31,297 nucleotides of DNA from Treponema sp. (GTDB lineage Bacteria; Spirochaetota; Spirochaetia; Treponematales; Treponemataceae), in assembly GCA_031290005.1 (NCBI GenBank), contig JAITOJ010000053.1:1-31297 (forward strand), in the 5' to 3' direction. Shown one piece after another: positions 27,405-31,297 of the stretch; within the stretch, counting starts at the first letter, position 1; the number at the start of each line of letters is the position of its first letter. The notes under the pieces were generated by a model. It made no database searches. It worked only from the letters and a program-made list of their open reading frames with translations, and was not told where the DNA came from. Position numbers and translations under genes: made by a program.

Positions 27405-27425
27405 AGTTGTTTCCTGCCTGAACAT

Positions 27426-27459
27426 ACTATAGCGGAAACAGCGGCGCGGGGCAAGGTAT
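27426..27459 (-). repeat. repeat R2 (34 bp), second copy of the promoter-containing repeat
   Basis: actatagcggaaacagcggcgcggggcaaggtat. Confidence 0.9.
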
Positions 27460-27467
27460 GGACAATT

Positions 27468-27815
27468 TTAATTCTCCGCCAGAGTTTCCCGTTCTTTGAG
27501 CAATGCAGCCATATTCAGTACGATTTTGCGGTCGGCGCTGTCAAGGTTTTCCATGGTTTGTAAAACCATACGTATGTCCGGCGCAAGGGATGAAAATTTC
27601 TGCTTGCACGGGGTTTCCTCGCCGGTAACAAGATACTCGACGGAAACCCCAAGTACACCGGCAATCTTAACCGCGGCCTCAACCGACGGCACCTTTGCCC
27701 GCGACCCTAAATAACTGGCAAGGGTTTGCTGTTTTATACCTGACAACGCGGCAAGTTGTTTTATTTGCAAATCCCTAAACTGCAATTCTGATTTCACATT
27801 TTCTTTGAAACCCAT
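27468..27815 (-). CDS. XRE family HTH transcriptional regulator
   Basis: IKQLAALSGIKQQTLASYL..RAKVPSVEAAVKIAGVLGVSVEYLVTG. Confidence 0.9.
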   Translation of the reverse strand: MGFKENVKSELQFRDLQIKQLAALSGIKQQTLASYLGSRAKVPSVEAAVKIAGVLGVSVEYLVTGEETPCKQKFSSLAPDIRMVLQTMENLDSADRKIVLNMAALLKERETLAEN

Positions 27816-27824
27816 ATAACTATT

Positions 27825-27902
27825 ATGACAAAAGTCATATTACCGGTGTTGACACAATTGACCTTAGTCAATATAGTCTGTTTTATAATGACTTTAGTCA
27901 TT
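27825..27902. promoter_or_regulatory. divergent control region: three TGAC-N4-GTCA palindromes and promoter TTGACA-N17-TATAGT (+, 27849-27877)
   Basis: atgacaaaagtcat 27825-27838, ttgaccttagtcaa 27858-27871, aatgactttagtcatt 27887-27902. Confidence 0.8.
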
Positions 27903-27979
27903 TAATCCTGAAACTAATTGACAATCGGCATTTGTGTCCGGTGTCTGTGGGGTGGAAGTCCCTGCAAAGGTATAAAACA

Positions 27980-29149
27980 ATGCGAAACAAACTTTCGGAT
28001 TCTGATTTGCAATCGAAAACCATAGCGTGGCTGCGGTTGCCTTTGGTCATCTGCGTGGTATTTATCCATAGCTTTGGGCCGCCAGAAACGGCGCATATGC
28101 GGGAAATAAATTATCTGTCGATTTCCGGTATGGATATGTACAATATCATCCGTGTTTGGGGGTCGCATGTGGTTACCTATATTTGCAATTCCTGCTTTTT
28201 TATGTTTTCCGGGTATCTTTTCTTTTTCAAGATAACCAAATGGAATAAAGAAACCTATTTCAAGAAACTAAGAAGCAGAATTACAGCATTGGTTGTTCCT
28301 TATTTGTTGTGGAATATCATACCTATACTTGCTGTTGTTTTTATTTCCATAACCGGAAGAATCATAAAACAGGATGGAGATTGGGGGCGTATTCTCGCAT
28401 TTTTTAATACTATACGTGAACGCGGAGTATGGAATATATTTTGGAATTATAATCAGTGGGGGGGGGGGGGGGATTAAAAAAATATATAAGGCTGGCCAAC
28501 CCCAGCAACAGGGCCGTTTAGTGTACCGATGTGGTTTTTGCGGGATTTGATCGTTGTGGTGGTTTTAACGCCGGTAATCTATTTAATTTGTAAACATTTG
28601 AAAATTTATGGAATAATTGCCCTGGGAATAGCCTATTATACCGGAATATGGCTTTTGGTTCCCGGTTTCAGTATCACCGCCTTTTTCTTTTTCAGTCTGG
28701 GGGCATATTTCAGTATTCACGGAAAGAATATGGTTTTAGAATTACGGAAAGGAAAAATAATGTGGGGAATTCTGGCGTGTATAACGATGATCCTCTGCGT
28801 ATATTATGACGGAACAAAAACACGGAGTTATTTTTCTCCGGTTTATGTGCTGTCCGGGGTGATAAGCGCGGTTAATATCGCGTCCTATTTATTGGAACGG
28901 GGAAAAATTACCGTTCGACCTTTGCTCTCAGAATCGACATTCTTCATTTATGCAATGCATATGGTACTCGTACTATCAATAACTGGAATGATATTTGATT
29001 TTATTTTCAGGCCGGAGCAGTGGTATCTACTGATAGTTCGGTATGTTACTGTTCCCTTGGCAGCGGCAGGAATATGTGTGTTCATATACTGGGCAATGAA
29101 AAGAGTGACCCCCAAGATTCTTGGCATACTGACCGGCGGGCGGGTGTAA
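27980..29149 (+). pseudogene. acyltransferase-3 (OafA-like) gene interrupted at a G15 tract by two in-frame TAA stops
   Basis: LRLPLVICVVFIHS, FFMFSGYLFF, VPYLLWN, PMWFLRDL, FFIYAMH; both halves are in the same frame with TAA at 28475 and 28487. Confidence 0.85.
28458..28472 (+). repeat. G15 homopolymer
   Basis: counted directly from the sequence. Confidence 0.95.
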
Positions 29150-29171
29150 CAGGGGGGGATTTTTGCCGCTT

Positions 29172-29199
29172 CGGAAACAGCAGTACGGGGCAAGGTATG
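29172..29199 (-). repeat. repeat R3, degenerate third copy lacking the -10 box
   Basis: cggaaacagcagtacggggcaaggtatg; 25/28 identical to 27433-27460. Confidence 0.85.
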
Positions 29200-29508
29200 C
29201 TATTCCGTAATGAGTTGTGGCAAATTACGTTTTTTATAAATAATGCGGTGTATTTCAATAGTCATATCTGCTACGGTATAAAACACAAGGTAATTTTTGA
29301 CCGGCAACACCCGATATTCCGTATCAATTGGTTTGGGGAATTGAAAAAGCCGGTGGGCAAAGGGAAATTGCATAAGATTCTGACACGTCTGCTCTACGGC
29401 ATCAAGTAAATCAAGCGCGGCCTTCGGCGCTTCCAGGGCAGTAGTGATGTAATCTACTATGGCCTCAAGGTCTTTTCTAAAACCAGGCAAATAACTGAGG
29501 CTATACAT
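29200..29508 (-). CDS. RelE/ParE family toxin
   Basis: DLEAIVDYI..ALEAPKAALDLLD; FP..H; YRVLPVKNYLVFYTV; IHRIIY. Confidence 0.92.
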   Translation of the reverse strand: MYSLSYLPGFRKDLEAIVDYITTALEAPKAALDLLDAVEQTCQNLMQFPFAHRLFQFPKPIDTEYRVLPVKNYLVFYTVADMTIEIHRIIYKKRNLPQLITE

Positions 29509-29776
29509 TATTTCCCATCACCCGCTCCCGTAAACCGGAAAATACTTCTTGGTGGGATAATCGTTTGGAACTTAGCCGCGCCTCTGTTTCGGCCTCTTTG
29601 AGTTTCAGGTAGATTTCATTTTCAAATTGAGTTTCTTCCCACGCCTGAATACTCATGACTACCATATCGCCGTAGCCATTTTTTGTTAGAAATACGGGTT
29701 CATTCGTTTCATGAACTTCGCGGGAAATCTCCGTAAAGTTGTTTCTTAAATCAGAAATAGGACGAATAGCGGGCAT
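29501..29776 (-). CDS. Phd/YefM family antitoxin
   Basis: IRPISDLRNNFTEIS..VHETNEPVFLTKNGYGDMVVMS; overlaps the toxin start by 8 bp. Confidence 0.93.
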   Translation of the reverse strand: MPAIRPISDLRNNFTEISREVHETNEPVFLTKNGYGDMVVMSIQAWEETQFENEIYLKLKEAETEARLSSKRLSHQEVFSGLRERVMGNNV

Positions 29777-29795
29777 TATTTGGCCTCCTTTTCAA

Positions 29796-29833
29796 ATTAT
29801 CATGATAATAGCATAATTATGATAGTTGTGCAA
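29796..29833 (-). promoter_or_regulatory. TA promoter TTGCAC-N17-TATTAT with overlapping palindromic operators
   Basis: attatcatgataat 29796-29809 and cataattatg 29812-29821. Confidence 0.75.
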
Positions 29834-29860
29834 TGCATATGGAATAGGGCTTTTCCCCGC

Positions 29861-30214
29861 TCACCTGGGGTTCAGGGTTTCCTCAACCCCGGTGCGCAAG
29901 GCGGTAAGCAGGCGGTCAGAAATATCCTGCTTCACCTGTTCCGGCAGGGCGGTTAAAAAATCATCGGTTTCAGTGATTATATCTATTGAGGATTCCTGAT
30001 TAACCCGTCCGTCTATAAAAAACCGGAATGCATCCACATTGAGGGCAGTTGCTATTTTTTCAACCATCTCTATGGAAGGGAATTTTCTGCCGATTTCAAT
30101 CTCACCGATATAGCTTGCGGCGGTGTCGCAGTATGCGGCGAGTTTCATTTGGGAAACCCCGGCCTCTTTTCTGATTCTTCGTAAATTGCGGACAAATACA
30201 TGTTTCAAATCCAT
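29861..30214 (-). CDS. XRE family HTH transcriptional regulator
   Basis: NLRRIRKEAGVSQMKLAAYCDTAASYIGEIEIGRKFPSIEMVEKIATAL. Confidence 0.92.
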   Translation of the reverse strand: MDLKHVFVRNLRRIRKEAGVSQMKLAAYCDTAASYIGEIEIGRKFPSIEMVEKIATALNVDAFRFFIDGRVNQESSIDIITETDDFLTALPEQVKQDISDRLLTALRTGVEETLNPR

Positions 30215-30249
30215 AACAGTAATAATAAGCTATTGGCTGATAAACCCTG

Positions 30250-30278
30250 TTGACAATTAGCTTGTGAATAAATACAAT
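30250..30278 (+). promoter_or_regulatory. promoter TTGACA-N17-TACAAT for the second acyltransferase
   Basis: near-consensus boxes in the divergent intergenic region. Confidence 0.7.
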
Positions 30279-30352
30279 CATCTTTAAGCTAGCGTGGCTT
30301 ATGGCTAATTATTTATAGCTATAAAGTGATTATAAAACAAAGGAAGGTGGTT

Positions 30353-31297
30353 ATGATTGCGGCAATCGACGGGCAGTTATCCAAGCGGATAAACTCATTA
30401 CGGTTTTTGCTGATTGTGTTTGTGGTGTTTATCCATAGTGGAATAACCGAAGAAGGTTTAGCGGGTAGGAATATAACGGTAGAAATTCCAATCTATGTTG
30501 CAAAAATTCAAATAATCGTATCCGATATTATTTCCCGTGTTGCGGTTCCTCTCTTTTTCCTTATATCCGGATTCTTGTTGTATGCAAAGGAACCAAAATT
30601 CAGCACGGTATTAAAAAAGAAAAGCCGGACACTGTTATTGCCATTATTATTGTGGAATTTACTGTTTGTTTTGGTTTATTTTCTTATGCAAAATTTATCT
30701 TTTACAAAAGCCTTTTTTAATAGTTCTGCGGAAGACCTTATCCATAATTATAGTTTGTTGGACTGGATAGATGTGTTCGTAGGTAAGTTTACCGCAAGAA
30801 GAGAGTATAATTTTCCATTTGATTATCCCTTGTGGTTTATACGCGATTTATATATTCTTGTCATATTGTTTATTGGCATAAAAAAAGCCATCGATAAATT
30901 CCCCTTTGGAACTTTTATTGTATTTTTTATATTATGGATAACGAATATAACTATATACATTATATCGCCGGAAGCGTTATTCTTTTTCTCATTGGGTTAT
31001 TATATCGTAAAGTATTCATTAAAAGTAAATAAAATTGATAGTATAAAAATATATGAACTATCAATAATATATATAACAACAATACTTATTGAGTTGTTTT
31101 TTAATGAATATGTACCAATAATACACAAAATCAATATCATTATAGGTTGTATGTTCTTTTTAAAAATATCATTGTATTTTGTAAAAAATGTAAAATTATA
31201 TGCTGCCCTTGTGTGGCTTGAAAAATATGAATTTATAGTATACGCGATTCATGCCTTTATTTTACCGCAATTATTGAAGTTGAGTATAAAGTTATTT
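30353..31297 (+). CDS. acyltransferase-3 (OafA-like), 3' end beyond the window
   Basis: open frame from ATG 30353 to the window end, absent from the track for lack of a stop: LRFLLIVFVVFIHS, AVPLFFLISG, PLWFIRDL, IVYAIH; very AT-rich. Confidence 0.88.
   Translation, partial: MIAAIDGQLSKRINSLRFLLIVFVVFIHSGITEEGLAGRNITVEIPIYVAKIQIIVSDIISRVAVPLFFLISGFLLYAKEPKFSTVLKKKSRTLLLPLLLWNLLFVLVYFLMQNLSFTKAFFNSSAEDLIHNYSLLDWIDVFVGKFTARREYNFPFDYPLWFIRDLYILVILFIGIKKAIDKFPFGTFIVFFILWITNITIYIISPEALFFFSLGYYIVKYSLKVNKIDSIKIYELSIIYITTILIELFFNEYVPIIHKINIIIGCMFFLKISLYFVKNVKLYAALVWLEKYEFIVYAIHAFILPQLLKLSIKLF

Noticed and set aside
26553-31297. Prophage, integron or IS assignment for the right-hand accessory region
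   Set aside because: No integrase, transposase, phage structural gene, terminal inverted repeat or attC-like site is visible in the window.

Overview
A 31.3-kb bacterial window that looks spirochaetal (Treponema-like, judged from the lipoprotein signal peptides and gene style; this is inference, not a database result). Nearly all genes are on the minus strand. Left part: two Gfo/Idh/MocA oxidoreductases, a sialate O-acetylesterase-like SGNH enzyme, a sugar ABC substrate-binding lipoprotein and an LTD-CotH kinase lipoprotein. Next is an AT-richer cassette: acyl-CoA ligase, AlgI-type MBOAT and AlgJ-like SGNH protein. Centre: a surface cluster divergent from an AraC regulator (five-domain beta-sandwich lipoprotein, divergent CE15 glucuronoyl-esterase-like lipoprotein, probable outer-membrane beta-barrel, repeat/TPR lipoprotein). 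Then two sugar ABC permeases, a 23-bp-period palindromic array and RNase II. Right part: accessory modules (HATPase/DUF4325 gene, two XRE/acyltransferase-3 divergent pairs, a Phd/RelE toxin-antitoxin pair) delimited by copies of a 34-bp promoter-containing repeat. The main unexplained structures are the direct-repeat-bounded cassettes, three small ORFs or starts missing from the ORF track, the palindromic array, a G15 tract at a doubly stopped acyltransferase, and a SusCD-free PUL-like surface locus. No rRNA, tRNA, CRISPR array, integrase or transposase was recognised.
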